Numbered from the stretch's first letter, positions 37,662 through 47,778 are shown. The stretch is DNA of 64,000 bases from Clostridia bacterium (GCA_017502875.1 JAFVUF010000018.1:691-64690); one strand, 5' to 3'. Notes: generated by a model from the sequence alone, not told the origin. Made by a program: numbers and translations.

Positions 37662-38453
37662 ATGGATTTAGAAGAAATAAAGGCGTATCTGCACAATAAA
37701 AAAGCATTCATCTCCGACATGGACGGAGTTATCTATCACGGCAACATGTTGTTGCCGGGAGTTAAAGAATTTGTCGAATGGTTAAAGAATAATAACAAAG
37801 AATATCTATTTTTGACGAATAGCTCCGAAAGATCACCGAGAGAGCTTGCGTTAAAGCTTGAACGTCTTGGGCTTGACATAGAGCCGAGTCATTTTTACAC
37901 GAGCGCGTTAGCGACTGCGGCGTTTCTGAAAACTCAATGCCCCGGCGGAAGCGCTTACGTTATCGGAGAGCCTGGACTTGTAAACGCTCTTTACGAGGCG
38001 GGCTTTTCGATGAATGATTATAACCCCGACTACGTTGTGCTGGGCGAAACTCATTCATGGAATTATGAGAAGATACAGCTTGCCGTTAAGCTTGTAATGA
38101 AGGGCGCAAAGCTGATAGGCACAAATCCCGATATAACGGGACCTGTCGAGGGCGGAATTGCCCCCGCCTGCGCCTCGCTTATTTCGCCTATTGAAATGGC
38201 AACGGGAAAAAAGGCGTATTTTATCGGTAAGCCCAATCCTCTTATCATGCGCCACGCGTTAAAAACACTTGGCTGCCACAGGGTAGAGGCGTGTATAATC
38301 GGGGACAGAATGGATACCGATATTATTGCTGGTATCGAGAGTGAGCTTGATACGGTGCTTGTGCTTTCGGGTGTAACGAGCCGCGCTGAAATAGAGAACT
38401 TCCCGTACAGACCTAAATTCGTCCTGAACGGAGTCGGAGATATTTGCTCCTAA
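37662..38453 (+). CDS. HAD-IIA family sugar-phosphate phosphatase (NagD/YutF-like)
   Basis: DMDGVIY (DxDG), LTNSS, GKP and GDRMDTDI motifs. Confidence 0.85.
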   Translation: MDLEEIKAYLHNKKAFISDMDGVIYHGNMLLPGVKEFVEWLKNNNKEYLFLTNSSERSPRELALKLERLGLDIEPSHFYTSALATAAFLKTQCPGGSAYVIGEPGLVNALYEAGFSMNDYNPDYVVLGETHSWNYEKIQLAVKLVMKGAKLIGTNPDITGPVEGGIAPACASLISPIEMATGKKAYFIGKPNPLIMRHALKTLGCHRVEACIIGDRMDTDIIAGIESELDTVLVLSGVTSRAEIENFPYRPKFVLNGVGDICS

Positions 38454-38456
38454 AAA

Positions 38457-38489
38457 CAAAATGGGCTGTTGCGTAGCAGCCCATTTTTC
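38457..38489 (+). terminator. Rho-independent terminator
   Basis: atgggctg / cagcccat stem plus TTTTT. Confidence 0.8.
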
Positions 38490-38667
38490 TCACTTCAACG
38501 CAAACGGCGAAAAGGTTAAAAGTGTATTGTAAATAAAGCTATCTATTGACAAAGGTGTCAAATAATGTTAAAATAATTTAAAGGCTAAAAGTACTAAGAA
38601 ATTATCGCTACAATGCTGGGTATAATACCGATAAAAGACCTAAAACAACGAAAGGAAATTATTTGAA

Positions 38668-40056
38668 ATGGCAGATGAAATGAAGCTTTCGGATAAGCTT
38701 ACAATGAAAAAGAAGAACATATACGACTGTGTTGATGCTGAGAAAAAGGCTAAAATATTTGATTTTGCCGAGGGCTACAAGAGCTTTCTTGATATCGCGA
38801 AGACCGAGCGTGAGGCGTCGGTAGCGGCAATAGAGGCGGCAAAGCGCTATGGCTTTACCGAGTATAAGCTCGGCGAGCCGTTAAAGGCGGGCGATAGGAA
38901 GTATTACAATAACAGAGGCAAGAGCATTTACGTGTTCAAGGTAGGCACAAGGCCCTTGAACGAGGAGGGTATCCGTATTCTCGCGGCTCATATTGACTCT
39001 CCTCGAATAGATCTCAAACAGGTTCCGCTTTACGAGGATAGCGGAATGGCATTCTTCAAGACTCATTACTACGGAGGAATAAGGAAATATCAGTGGCTCG
39101 CTATGCCGCTTTCACTTCACGGAGTCATTATAAAGAAGGACGGAAGCGAGGTAAATATCCGCATAGGAGACGAGGAAAACGACCCCGTTTTCTATATAAA
39201 CGACCTTCTTCCCCATCTTGCTCAGGAGCAGGCTACCAAGACGCTGGCGACTGCGGTAAACGCGGAAAACCTTAATATTCTTGTTGGCGGAATACCGTTA
39301 AAGGACGGCGACGGAGACGGCTCGGTAAAGCTCAACGTGCTCAATATACTGAACGAAAAGTACGGAATAACCGAGGAGGATTTCATCTCAGCCGAGCTTT
39401 GCTGCGTTCCCGCGTTTAACGCAAGAGATATAGGCTTTGACAGAGCGCTTATCGGCGCGTACGGACACGACGACAGAGTTTGCGCCTATCCGCTTCTGCG
39501 AGCGATTTTCGATACGGAAACGGAACAGACGGTGTTAGGTGTTCTTGCCGATAAGGAGGAGACGGGAAGTAACGGTAATACAGGTATGCAGAGCATGCTT
39601 CTTCTTGATATCATAACTGAGATTTCTCGCGCTATGGGTTACACCGACACGGCTGTAAGAGCTGTCTCGAAGTGCCTTTCGGCAGACGTAAACGCCGCGT
39701 ATGACCCGAATTACAAGGAGGTCTACGAGGTGAAAAACAGCGCTATGATTTCCTGCGGTACAACGATGTCAAAGTATACGGGCGCGAGAGGCAAATCCGG
39801 CACAAGCGACGCCTCCGCTGAATATGTTGGATATATTCGTAAGACTTTTGCGGAGAACAACGTGCATTGGCAGACCTCCGAGCTTGGAAGAGTAGACCTT
39901 GGCGGAGGCGGAACGGTTGCTATGTATATAGCCAATCTTAACATTGATACTGTTGACCTCGGTGTGCCCGTAATATCGATGCACGCGCCCTACGAGGTTG
40001 TTTCAAAGGCTGACGTTTACTCTACCTTTGAGGCTTTCTCGGCGTTTATAAAGTAG
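38668..40056 (+). CDS. M18-family aminopeptidase
   Basis: 462 aa. AAHIDSPRIDLK, GHDDRVC, DKEETGS and ISMHAPYE motifs typical of aminopeptidase I / zinc M18. Confidence 0.85.
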   Translation: MADEMKLSDKLTMKKKNIYDCVDAEKKAKIFDFAEGYKSFLDIAKTEREASVAAIEAAKRYGFTEYKLGEPLKAGDRKYYNNRGKSIYVFKVGTRPLNEEGIRILAAHIDSPRIDLKQVPLYEDSGMAFFKTHYYGGIRKYQWLAMPLSLHGVIIKKDGSEVNIRIGDEENDPVFYINDLLPHLAQEQATKTLATAVNAENLNILVGGIPLKDGDGDGSVKLNVLNILNEKYGITEEDFISAELCCVPAFNARDIGFDRALIGAYGHDDRVCAYPLLRAIFDTETEQTVLGVLADKEETGSNGNTGMQSMLLLDIITEISRAMGYTDTAVRAVSKCLSADVNAAYDPNYKEVYEVKNSAMISCGTTMSKYTGARGKSGTSDASAEYVGYIRKTFAENNVHWQTSELGRVDLGGGGTVAMYIANLNIDTVDLGVPVISMHAPYEVVSKADVYSTFEAFSAFIK

Positions 40057-40110
40057 ATTAACAGCAGCATTATCGCAATCAGAAATATATTTAGCATAGC
40101 GCGGCAGCGC

Positions 40111-40148
40111 AAAAAAAGAGGAGATGTTTTACGCAATCTCCTCTTTTA
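40111..40148. terminator. Bidirectional terminator (aminopeptidase / CNNM genes)
   Basis: A-run, agaggagat ... atctcctct stem, TTTT. Confidence 0.8.
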
Positions 40149-40179
40149 CTGTTGTTAAGCAATTTTACGGTATAATTCG

Positions 40180-41487
40180 TTAGTCCTCGGCTTTTACTTC
40201 CTTTAGCTGAACCATCGTTTTTTGTATACGGCGGTCCTTTATTGCTGTTATTCTGACTGTCATCAGGTCGTTTTCTACGTTCACAACGGCTCCGTCATCG
40301 GGAATGGAATCCTCCATCATTGTCAGAACGTACCCCGCAAACGTATCGAAATCTTCATTAAGGGTAAGTCCGAGGGCCTCCTCAACGTCCTCAAGTGGAG
40401 CGCTTCCGAGTATCATAAAGGATTTTGAATCAAGACGCTCAATCTCAGGAAGGCTCTGAGTGTCGGTGTCCTCAAAAATATCTCCGACTATGCATTGTAG
40501 CAGATCTGTTACGGTTACAATTCCGTTGAGTCCTCCGTACTCGTCTATAACGACAGCGAAATATTCGCGCTTTTTCTTCATGTCTTTAAGTATGGCGTTA
40601 GCCTTCATAGAAACGGGAATGAAGTACGGAGTCTTAACCGCACGCTTCATAACGCTTTCGCGTGAGTGGTCCTTGAGTCTGAAATATTCCTTGGAATTAA
40701 GAACGCCGATAACGTTATCAATCTTATCCTCGCAAACGGGGAAATACGTGTGGTGGCTGCTGTAAATAGTCTTTTCCCATTCCTCGTCGCTTTCGTCAGT
40801 CCACAGAAGCGTGATTCCTGTGCGGTGGGTGGCGACCTCGCTTGCGGACAGGTCGTCAAATGCGAAAACGTTCTCTATAAATTCCTTTTCCTCAGTATCA
40901 ATCGTTCCCATTTCGCTACCGGCATCGACCATCATTTTGATGGTCTTCTCGGAAACGTCGCTTTCCTGCTTCCTGTGGTTTATTCCCATAAGTGTGAGCG
41001 CGCCGCCCGCAATCGCGGATATGAGGGCAGACATAGGCAAGAACAGCTTTGAGATAAAACAGGCAAAGCCTGATAGGGCAAGGGATATTTTAAGAGAGTG
41101 CTTTATAGCTATGTGTCTGGCTATAATAGCGATAAGTATTACGGTCAGCAGAACAAAAATAAGAACTATCGCTGTGATGGCTATGAATGTTGCGAGCGCC
41201 TCGTGCATACCTGACTTAACAAGCGGTAATGAAATGTACGGTGCGAAGGTAACGGCGGTAAGTGCCGCCATAAGAAACTCTATAACGCTTATCGCGGTTT
41301 TCAGAGACGACGCAAACGGAAGCTGTTTTTTTGCCAGCTCAAGAACACGCTTTGCGCGCTTGCTTCCGTTTTGAATGAGTGGCGTAAGCTCGGACTCACT
41401 TGCCGTTCCTACGGAAACCTCTGTGAGCTTTATAAGTATACCAAGCGCGAACAGTATGCCAAGCGCTATTGAGTTAATTACCAACAT
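40180..41487 (-). CDS. CNNM/DUF21-CBS-CorC_HlyC family transporter (putative Mg2+/divalent-cation efflux, annotated 'hemolysin' family)
   Basis: N-terminal 4-TM DUF21 domain, CBS pair, C-terminal CorC/HlyC transporter-associated domain. Confidence 0.88.
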   Translation of the reverse strand: MLVINSIALGILFALGILIKLTEVSVGTASESELTPLIQNGSKRAKRVLELAKKQLPFASSLKTAISVIEFLMAALTAVTFAPYISLPLVKSGMHEALATFIAITAIVLIFVLLTVILIAIIARHIAIKHSLKISLALSGFACFISKLFLPMSALISAIAGGALTLMGINHRKQESDVSEKTIKMMVDAGSEMGTIDTEEKEFIENVFAFDDLSASEVATHRTGITLLWTDESDEEWEKTIYSSHHTYFPVCEDKIDNVIGVLNSKEYFRLKDHSRESVMKRAVKTPYFIPVSMKANAILKDMKKKREYFAVVIDEYGGLNGIVTVTDLLQCIVGDIFEDTDTQSLPEIERLDSKSFMILGSAPLEDVEEALGLTLNEDFDTFAGYVLTMMEDSIPDDGAVVNVENDLMTVRITAIKDRRIQKTMVQLKEVKAED

Positions 41488-41668
41488 TTTATCTCCATTC
41501 CGCCACGTTGCGTGGCAATATCTACCTTAACTGAAAAAAAGCAAAACGGCATGAGCCCGCTCCGATAATACGAAACGGGTGTCATGCCGATATATTTGAT
41601 TTTACGGTACATCGCCCTAAGGGATCGCTCATTGCTATGACCTTTCCTTCACTTTATTGCTCATACTA
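41488..41668 (-). promoter_or_regulatory. Leader of about 180 nt with an intrinsic terminator upstream of the CNNM gene (candidate attenuator/riboswitch, class unknown)
   Basis: On the minus strand: cggcatgacacccg...cgggctcatgccg stem plus TTTTGCTTTTTTT (41534-41589). Two upstream ATGAGC copies can pair with the GCTCAT of the 3' arm. Possible 16-codon ORF at 41632..41582, with GGAAAGG 8 nt upstream. Second small hairpin at 41502-41516 next to the RBS. Confidence 0.5.
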
Positions 41669-41675
41669 TATTTAC

Positions 41676-41704
41676 AGTTTACCATAATATCCCATTAATG
41701 TCAA
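41676..41704 (-). promoter_or_regulatory. Sigma-A-type promoter of the CNNM leader
   Basis: On the minus strand: TTGACA, 17 nt, TAAACT. Confidence 0.6.
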
Positions 41705-41755
41705 TAATTCTTCTATTTATTAACAATTTATTAAATAATTAGAATGGAACACGCC

Positions 41756-41784
41756 TTGACAAAACTATAATTTATGTGTATAAT
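41756..41784 (+). promoter_or_regulatory. Sigma-A-type promoter of pth-mfd
   Basis: TTGACA (41756-41761), 17 nt, TATAAT (41779-41784). Confidence 0.7.
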
Positions 41785-41868
41785 CAAGGTGAACTTGTAT
41801 AAATGTCAACAGCGGAACCGATGGTATGACCTTGGCTCCGCCAGTTGTGCGTTAAACGGAGAGATGAA

Positions 41869-42495
41869 ATGGGAAATATATTCGATATTTTCAAAAGCAT
41901 AGAAAAGAGCGAGGTGAAAACGGGCGCGCCCGAAAGGCTTGTCGTTTTTCTCGGGAATCCAGGAAAGGAATACGAGAGAACAAGGCATAACGCGGGCTTT
42001 ATGCTGTCAGAGTACCTGTCGGAAAAGCGCGGTGTTAAAATAGACCGAGCTCGCTTCAAGGCGCTCACGGGCGAGGCGATGTACGGCGGAGTAAAAACGC
42101 TTTTTATCAAGCCTCAAACCTATATGAATAACTCCGGCGAGGCGGTAAAGGAGGCTCTGTCGTTTTACAAAATGGACGCCGAAACGCAGATGATAGTCGT
42201 GTACGACGATATATATCTTGACCCTGGTAAGCTAAGAATAAGGGAAAAGGGTACGGACGGCGGTCATAACGGAATTAAGAGTATAATATATCATACCGGG
42301 ACGGACGTTTTTCAGCGGATAAGAGTAGGCGTCGGAACGCCCCCGAAGGGCTATTCAATGCCTGATTGGGTTTTGGGTGTCATTCCCGAAAAGGATAGAG
42401 AGCCGTTTTTTGAGAGCCTCGAAAGAGCCGAAGAGGCGCTTACGCTTATGGTGGGCGGCAAGATAAACGAGGCAATGAATAAGTATAACGGCTGA
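41869..42495 (+). CDS. pth: Peptidyl-tRNA hydrolase
   Basis: LVVFLGNPGKEYERTRHNAGF and GHNGIKSI motifs. ATG 41869 preceded by GGAGAG; the ORF-track TTG at 41845 is probably an extension. Confidence 0.93.
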   Translation: MGNIFDIFKSIEKSEVKTGAPERLVVFLGNPGKEYERTRHNAGFMLSEYLSEKRGVKIDRARFKALTGEAMYGGVKTLFIKPQTYMNNSGEAVKEALSFYKMDAETQMIVVYDDIYLDPGKLRIREKGTDGGHNGIKSIIYHTGTDVFQRIRVGVGTPPKGYSMPDWVLGVIPEKDREPFFESLERAEEALTLMVGGKINEAMNKYNG

Positions 42496-42517
42496 GAGCC
42501 TTTTAAAGAGGAGCATA

Positions 42518-45500
42518 ATGGAAAGACTTATTGAGCCGATAAGGCGTGAGAGGGAGTACAGGGAGCTTTTTGCCGAGCTCGTGGCGCAGAGCCGCTCGCA
42601 AAGAAGATATCCCGTGCTTCTGACGGGGCTTTCGGACGGAGCGAAGTGCGCTATGTACGTGGCGCTTTCGCGGGATTACAAGGAAAAACGCGGAGGTAAA
42701 ACTCTTCTTATAGCGCCCGACGAAGCATCGGGCTATTTGTGCGAGAAGGTGTTTACGGAATGCGGACTGACCGCCGCCGTATATCCCTACCGCGATTTTA
42801 ATTACAGCAAGGTAAGCGCCTCTCGCTCGTATGAGCACGAGAGGCTTTTGGCGCTTGATAAGGCGATTAACGGAAACGCGGATATTTTCATCGCCACAGC
42901 TGACGCGGCGCTTCAGTATACAGTACCGAGGGCTCGCTTATCCGAGCGATCTGTTACGCTGAGTACGGGTGCGGAGCTTCCTCTTTCCACGCTTACGCAA
43001 AGACTTGTTACACTCGGATATTCAAGGTGCGATATGGTTGAGGGCGAGGGACAGTTTTCTGTAAGGGGGGGAATATGCGATATATTTCCGCCAAGGTCGG
43101 AAAAGCCCGTCAGAATTGAATATTTCGGAGATGAGGTAGACAGAATAGTTACCTTTGACGTAATTACTCAGCGAGCCGAGGAGTCGCTTGGCGAGCTTAC
43201 CCTTTCCCCCGGACGTGAGATTGTTCTTGATGAGGAAGCGAGACAGCGCCTTATACCCGTTATCGAAAAGCAGATTAAAAAGGCGTCGGGCGAAAAAATC
43301 GCTTCGGAGCTTTCCGAGGAGCTTGAGGCGCTGAAAAGCGGAGCTGAGCTTTCCGCGCCCGATAAGTATATCTCCGTTATATATCCCGAAAAAGAATGTC
43401 TGCTTGACTATTTCGATACCGATACCCTTGTAATAGTTTCCGAGCTTAATTCTGTTCTTGATAGGATAAAGAGCTACGATTTTCAACAAAGAGAGACGGT
43501 GGAAGGACTTATTGAAGCCGGCGCGGTATCGGGACAGACCGCCCGTTACGGCAAATGTCTTGACGATTTTAATTACTTCATATCCGAAAGAGCTACTCTT
43601 TACTGTAATATGTTCACTTCGTCCGTTGAACGCCTTTCGGGAATGTTCAGTATAAGGTGCAAGCAGAACGTTTCATATAAGGATAATCTTCCGTTGCTTA
43701 TCGAGGACTTAGAGCATTTCATTTCGCTTGGATATAAAATCAACATTACCACAGAAAACGAAACGATATCAAAGAAAATATGCGAGGTACTGCTTGACCA
43801 CAGTATAGCCTCAACCGTTTCGGGTGAGGGTAAAACAGGTATACCTAACCTTGTAAGCGGAATTAATCTGCCCGGCTTTGAGCTTCCAAGCTCAAAATAC
43901 GTATGCCTTTCAATGTACGCGTCAATGTTCTCGGCGGGCAGGGTGATAAACGCCAAGCGCCGCAGGGTATCAAAAAAGTCGCAGGGACAGAGAATATCCT
44001 CGCAGGCAGAGCTTGAAATAGGGGATTACGTCGTTCACGAAAACCACGGAGTCGGCAGATACTGCGGTATTTCCACCGTAACGATGAACGGAGTTACAAG
44101 CGACTATATCAAGATAGAATACGCCGGCGACGGAAGCCTTTATCTGCCCTGTACTCAGCTCGACAGGCTCTCGAAGTACACGGGCGCAGGCGTTGAGGCG
44201 GGAACGGTAAAGCTTTCCAAGCTCGGCGGCGCGGACTGGGTGAAGGCAAAGACAAAGGCTAAGGCGGCGGCAAAGGAAATGGCGAAGGAGCTGATAGGAC
44301 TTTACGCCGAGAGAATGAGACGTAAGGGTATCGCCTTTGACGAGGACGACGCGCTTCAGCAGGAGTTTGAGAGCGCCTTTGAGTACGAGGAAACCGACGG
44401 TCAGCTTGACGCGGCAAGAGAGATAAAGGACGATATGGAGAGGGAGGTGCCGATGGAGCGCCTACTGTGCGGAGACGTAGGCTACGGCAAGACAGAGGTA
44501 GCGCTTCGTGCGGCGTTCAAGGCGGTGAGAAGCGGCTATCAGGTAGCCATTCTCGTTCCCACTACCATTCTCGCGTTTCAGCATTATCAGACCATTCTGT
44601 CGAGAATGAGAGGCTTTCCCGTAAGCGTGGATATGCTTTCCCGTTTCCGTAAGCCCGCCGAGCAGAAGGAAACGCTGAAAAAGCTAAAACGCGGAGAAAC
44701 GGATATAATTGTCGGAACTCACAGGATACTTTCAAAGGATATCGAGTTCAAAAAATTAGGACTTGTCATAGTTGACGAGGAGCAACGGTTTGGTGTCGCT
44801 CAAAAGGAGAAGCTGAAATCTCTTGTAAAGGACGTAGACGTGCTTACGCTTACCGCGACGCCGATACCCAGAACTCTTAATATGGCGCTCAGCGGCATAA
44901 GAGATATGTCGGTGCTTGAGGAGCCGCCCGTTGACAGAATACCCGTCCAGACCTACGTGCTTGAATACGATGAGGTCATTATTTCCGAGGCAATAAAGAA
45001 AGAGCTTCGCAGGGGCGGACAGGTTTTTTATCTTCACAACAGAGTTGAAACACTCTCCGAAATAGCTGATAAGCTTGCGCTGATAGCTCCCGACGCCGTA
45101 ATAGCGGTGGCTCACGGGCAGATGGACAAGGAGGAGCTTTCGGATATCTGGCGTGAAATGCTGGAGGGTAAGATAGATATTCTCGTTTGCACTACTCTTA
45201 TCGAGTCGGGAGTGGACGTTCCTAACGCCAACACTCTTATTATTGACGACGCTGAGCGCTACGGACTTGCTCAGCTCCACCAGATAAGAGGACGGGTAGG
45301 TCGCTCGGGCAGACGAGCCTACGCCTACCTTACCTACAAACGTGGCTACGTACTCAGCGAGATAGCCGAGAAGCGCCTTGCGGCTATAAGAGATTTCACC
45401 GAGTTTGGCTCGGGCTTCCGAGTGGCTATGCGTGATATGGAGATAAGAGGCGCGGGCAATATCCTCGGAAGCGAGCAGCACGGACAGATAGAAACGGTGG

Positions 45501-46018
45501 GCTATGACCTCTATATGAAGCTTCTTAACGAGGCGGTCCTTGAGGAAAAGGGCGAAAAGCCGATAGCAAAGCCCGAATGCGCGGTCTCGCTCGGCATTGA
45601 CGCCTACATTCCCGAAAAATATATCAGAAGCACAGCGCAGAGGATAGACGCCTACAAGAAGATAGCGTCGGTGGAAAGCAGCGAGGATATGATGGACGTT
45701 TATGACGAGCTTTCCGACAGATACGGACCTCTGCCAAAGCAAGCCGATACGCTTCTTAGGATATCGCTTATCAGGGCGCTCGGCGGCGAAGCGGACTTCG
45801 AGAAGATAGAAAAGCGTAACGGCTCGGCTTTGTTTTTTGCTAAAACCTATGCCCTCAGCGCTTGGAAAAGGCTTATCGCGGAGTACAAGGGAAGGCTGTT
45901 TGTTTCGGCGGGAAATATCCCTTACGTAACCCTAAAGCTGAACGAAAGCGAGCCGATAACCGAGCAAATTTTGGGAATGTTAAAAAAATATATACAAATT
46001 AGGACTGAAATGCAGTAG
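42518..46018 (+). CDS. mfd: Transcription-repair coupling factor
   Basis: 1166 aa. UvrB-homology N-terminus, CarD-like RID (VHENHGVGRY), DEAD/H helicase motifs (GDVGYGKTEVA, DEEQRFG), TRG motif, C-terminal D7. Confidence 0.96.
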   Translation: MERLIEPIRREREYRELFAELVAQSRSQRRYPVLLTGLSDGAKCAMYVALSRDYKEKRGGKTLLIAPDEASGYLCEKVFTECGLTAAVYPYRDFNYSKVSASRSYEHERLLALDKAINGNADIFIATADAALQYTVPRARLSERSVTLSTGAELPLSTLTQRLVTLGYSRCDMVEGEGQFSVRGGICDIFPPRSEKPVRIEYFGDEVDRIVTFDVITQRAEESLGELTLSPGREIVLDEEARQRLIPVIEKQIKKASGEKIASELSEELEALKSGAELSAPDKYISVIYPEKECLLDYFDTDTLVIVSELNSVLDRIKSYDFQQRETVEGLIEAGAVSGQTARYGKCLDDFNYFISERATLYCNMFTSSVERLSGMFSIRCKQNVSYKDNLPLLIEDLEHFISLGYKINITTENETISKKICEVLLDHSIASTVSGEGKTGIPNLVSGINLPGFELPSSKYVCLSMYASMFSAGRVINAKRRRVSKKSQGQRISSQAELEIGDYVVHENHGVGRYCGISTVTMNGVTSDYIKIEYAGDGSLYLPCTQLDRLSKYTGAGVEAGTVKLSKLGGADWVKAKTKAKAAAKEMAKELIGLYAERMRRKGIAFDEDDALQQEFESAFEYEETDGQLDAAREIKDDMEREVPMERLLCGDVGYGKTEVALRAAFKAVRSGYQVAILVPTTILAFQHYQTILSRMRGFPVSVDMLSRFRKPAEQKETLKKLKRGETDIIVGTHRILSKDIEFKKLGLVIVDEEQRFGVAQKEKLKSLVKDVDVLTLTATPIPRTLNMALSGIRDMSVLEEPPVDRIPVQTYVLEYDEVIISEAIKKELRRGGQVFYLHNRVETLSEIADKLALIAPDAVIAVAHGQMDKEELSDIWREMLEGKIDILVCTTLIESGVDVPNANTLIIDDAERYGLAQLHQIRGRVGRSGRRAYAYLTYKRGYVLSEIAEKRLAAIRDFTEFGSGFRVAMRDMEIRGAGNILGSEQHGQIETVGYDLYMKLLNEAVLEEKGEKPIAKPECAVSLGIDAYIPEKYIRSTAQRIDAYKKIASVESSEDMMDVYDELSDRYGPLPKQADTLLRISLIRALGGEADFEKIEKRNGSALFFAKTYALSAWKRLIAEYKGRLFVSAGNIPYVTLKLNESEPITEQILGMLKKYIQIRTEMQ

Positions 46019-46088
46019 ACAAAACGGCAAAAAACTGTTATAATTAACTAAATAAACGCGTTTTGAATGCTTTTGGAAGGAATAAGCT

Positions 46089-47195
46089 TTGAAATCAGGA
46101 TATAAAATTTTGTGCGTCCTTATGGTAGTGGTAATGCTTACGCTGAGCTTTGTCTCGTGCGGTATCATAAAGGGCGATACTGTAATGGAATACGGCGATT
46201 ATAAGGTTACCGAGGCGATGTATTCGTATTGGGCATCAAGCTTTAAGGCGTATTTCCTTTACTACTACGGCAACTCATCTAACTATTCTACTCTCTGGAG
46301 CGAGACATTGCCCGACGGACAGACGTACGGAGTGTTCTTTGAGAATTTTTTGAATTCTTACGCTAAAAAGGTGCTCGTGTGTATGAAGCTGTATGACGAG
46401 TATTCGCTTTCGTTCCCCGATGAGACCAGAAACGAAATAGAAGCAAGACTTGATGACCTGAAAAAAACGTACGGCGGAAAGAAGGAGCTGAACGCCTATC
46501 TTTCGTCCTACGGTCTTAACGTATCCACGCTTGAAAGGATATATTACGAGGAGGCAAAGGTCGATATCGTCAGTGACTACCTCTTTTCAAGCGGAGGACC
46601 GAAGGAGATAACGAACACGGCTAGGGAAGCTTATTATAAGTCAAATTATTACTGTGTAAATTGGATATACATTTATACCGAAATGAAGCCCGAGGCGGGA
46701 ACTGACAGCAACGGTAATTACAATATGGTTGAGCTTACCGAGGTGGAGAAGGCTGAAAAAGCGCAGCTTGTAAGCGATATTATGACTAAGCTTTCGGCAG
46801 GAGAAAGCTTTGCGGCTCTTAAAGCTCAGTATTGCGAGGACAAAAACGAGGACGGCACGAGCAAGTACGATTATTACCCAAACGGCTTCAATATTTCGGG
46901 CAATAGCTATTCCGACGGCTACGGAGTGGAGCTGATAAAGCAGATACAAGGTATGGAGATAGGCTCGTATTCCACTTATACCGATGAATACGCAACAAGG
47001 ATAATAGTCCGAAACCCGCTTGTTAAATTTTCCGAGCTTACGCCTCAGGAATATAATTTTATGGTGGATTTTGAGAGCTACGTTACAGAGGAGGCAATGG
47101 AGGAGTTTCTTGCTTCGATAGAGACGACCTTTAACACCGACGTAGCGGAAAGATATAAGGTCGAGAGCGTAAAGACCATTGATATGAGTATTTAA
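46089..47195 (+). CDS. Lipoprotein, divergent PpiC/PrsA-type peptidyl-prolyl isomerase-like
   Basis: Signal peptide with lipobox (LTLSFVS-C). The C-terminal half resembles a parvulin domain (SFAALKAQYCED...GFNISG...YATRIIVRN). A position downstream of mfd is common for PrsA-like genes in Clostridia. Confidence 0.6.
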   Translation: MKSGYKILCVLMVVVMLTLSFVSCGIIKGDTVMEYGDYKVTEAMYSYWASSFKAYFLYYYGNSSNYSTLWSETLPDGQTYGVFFENFLNSYAKKVLVCMKLYDEYSLSFPDETRNEIEARLDDLKKTYGGKKELNAYLSSYGLNVSTLERIYYEEAKVDIVSDYLFSSGGPKEITNTAREAYYKSNYYCVNWIYIYTEMKPEAGTDSNGNYNMVELTEVEKAEKAQLVSDIMTKLSAGESFAALKAQYCEDKNEDGTSKYDYYPNGFNISGNSYSDGYGVELIKQIQGMEIGSYSTYTDEYATRIIVRNPLVKFSELTPQEYNFMVDFESYVTEEAMEEFLASIETTFNTDVAERYKVESVKTIDMSI

Positions 47196-47219
47196 CACAC
47201 ATGAAAGGACGGTTACGGT

Positions 47220-47672
47220 ATGTTTGAGACGGTGAAAAACCTTTTTCTTTACGGGAAGGATTTCTGTGAGGATACGGTTGAGAATATTAGAGAGACGGTG
47301 GTTACAGCCGTTGACTGCGCTAAGCTTCATTACAGAATAGTTTCTAAGAGAAACGAGCTTAACGCGCTTTACGCCCTGCTCGGTAAGGACCTTTTAAGCG
47401 GCGCGGAGAGCGAAAACGCCGGCGCAAGAGAGGCGGAGATAAACAAGCTTTGCGAGAGAATTACAAAGAAGGAAGAAATACTGAACGGTCTGCTTGACCA
47501 GTACAGAATAGTTTGCGGTAAGGTCATCTGCGCCGATTGCGGAAGATTTATGAGCGATAAGTACGTATTCTGTCCCTATTGCGGTAACCGCAAACGCGGA
47601 GATGTCGCTGAGCCTGTGTCGGACCTTGACGAAAGCGAGCTTGAGGACATAAGAGAGATAGAGTATATGTAA
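47220..47672 (+). CDS. Zinc-ribbon domain protein with an N-terminal coiled coil
   Basis: CADCGRFMSDKYVFCPYCG (CxxC-N10-CxxC). 150 aa. Confidence 0.6.
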   Translation: MFETVKNLFLYGKDFCEDTVENIRETVVTAVDCAKLHYRIVSKRNELNALYALLGKDLLSGAESENAGAREAEINKLCERITKKEEILNGLLDQYRIVCGKVICADCGRFMSDKYVFCPYCGNRKRGDVAEPVSDLDESELEDIREIEYM

Positions 47673-47749
47673 TGTTTATGCAAGTTGCATATATTATGTA
47701 GCGAGAATTTGTTTTTAGTTGGCTTAAATGGGGAAAATAGAAATATCTA

Positions 47750-47778
47750 TTGCAATTTTATTAAAAGTATGATATAAT
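47750..47778 (+). promoter_or_regulatory. Sigma-A-type promoter of the rimP-nusA-infB operon
   Basis: TTGCAA (47750-47755), 17 nt, TATAAT (47773-47778). Confidence 0.65.

Noticed and set aside
41500-41670. Possible match of the CNNM leader to known ion riboswitches. GGGCGATGTACCGTAAAA vaguely recalls the fluoride (crcB) motif; M-box and yybP-ykoY were considered because of the gene context.
   Set aside because: The P1 partner (CGCC) and the conserved 3' GAUGAUGCCUAC-like segment of the crcB motif are absent. No GGGGAGUAG/GAGACC (yybP-ykoY) or M-box core sequences were found by eye. It is left as unclassified rather than assigned.
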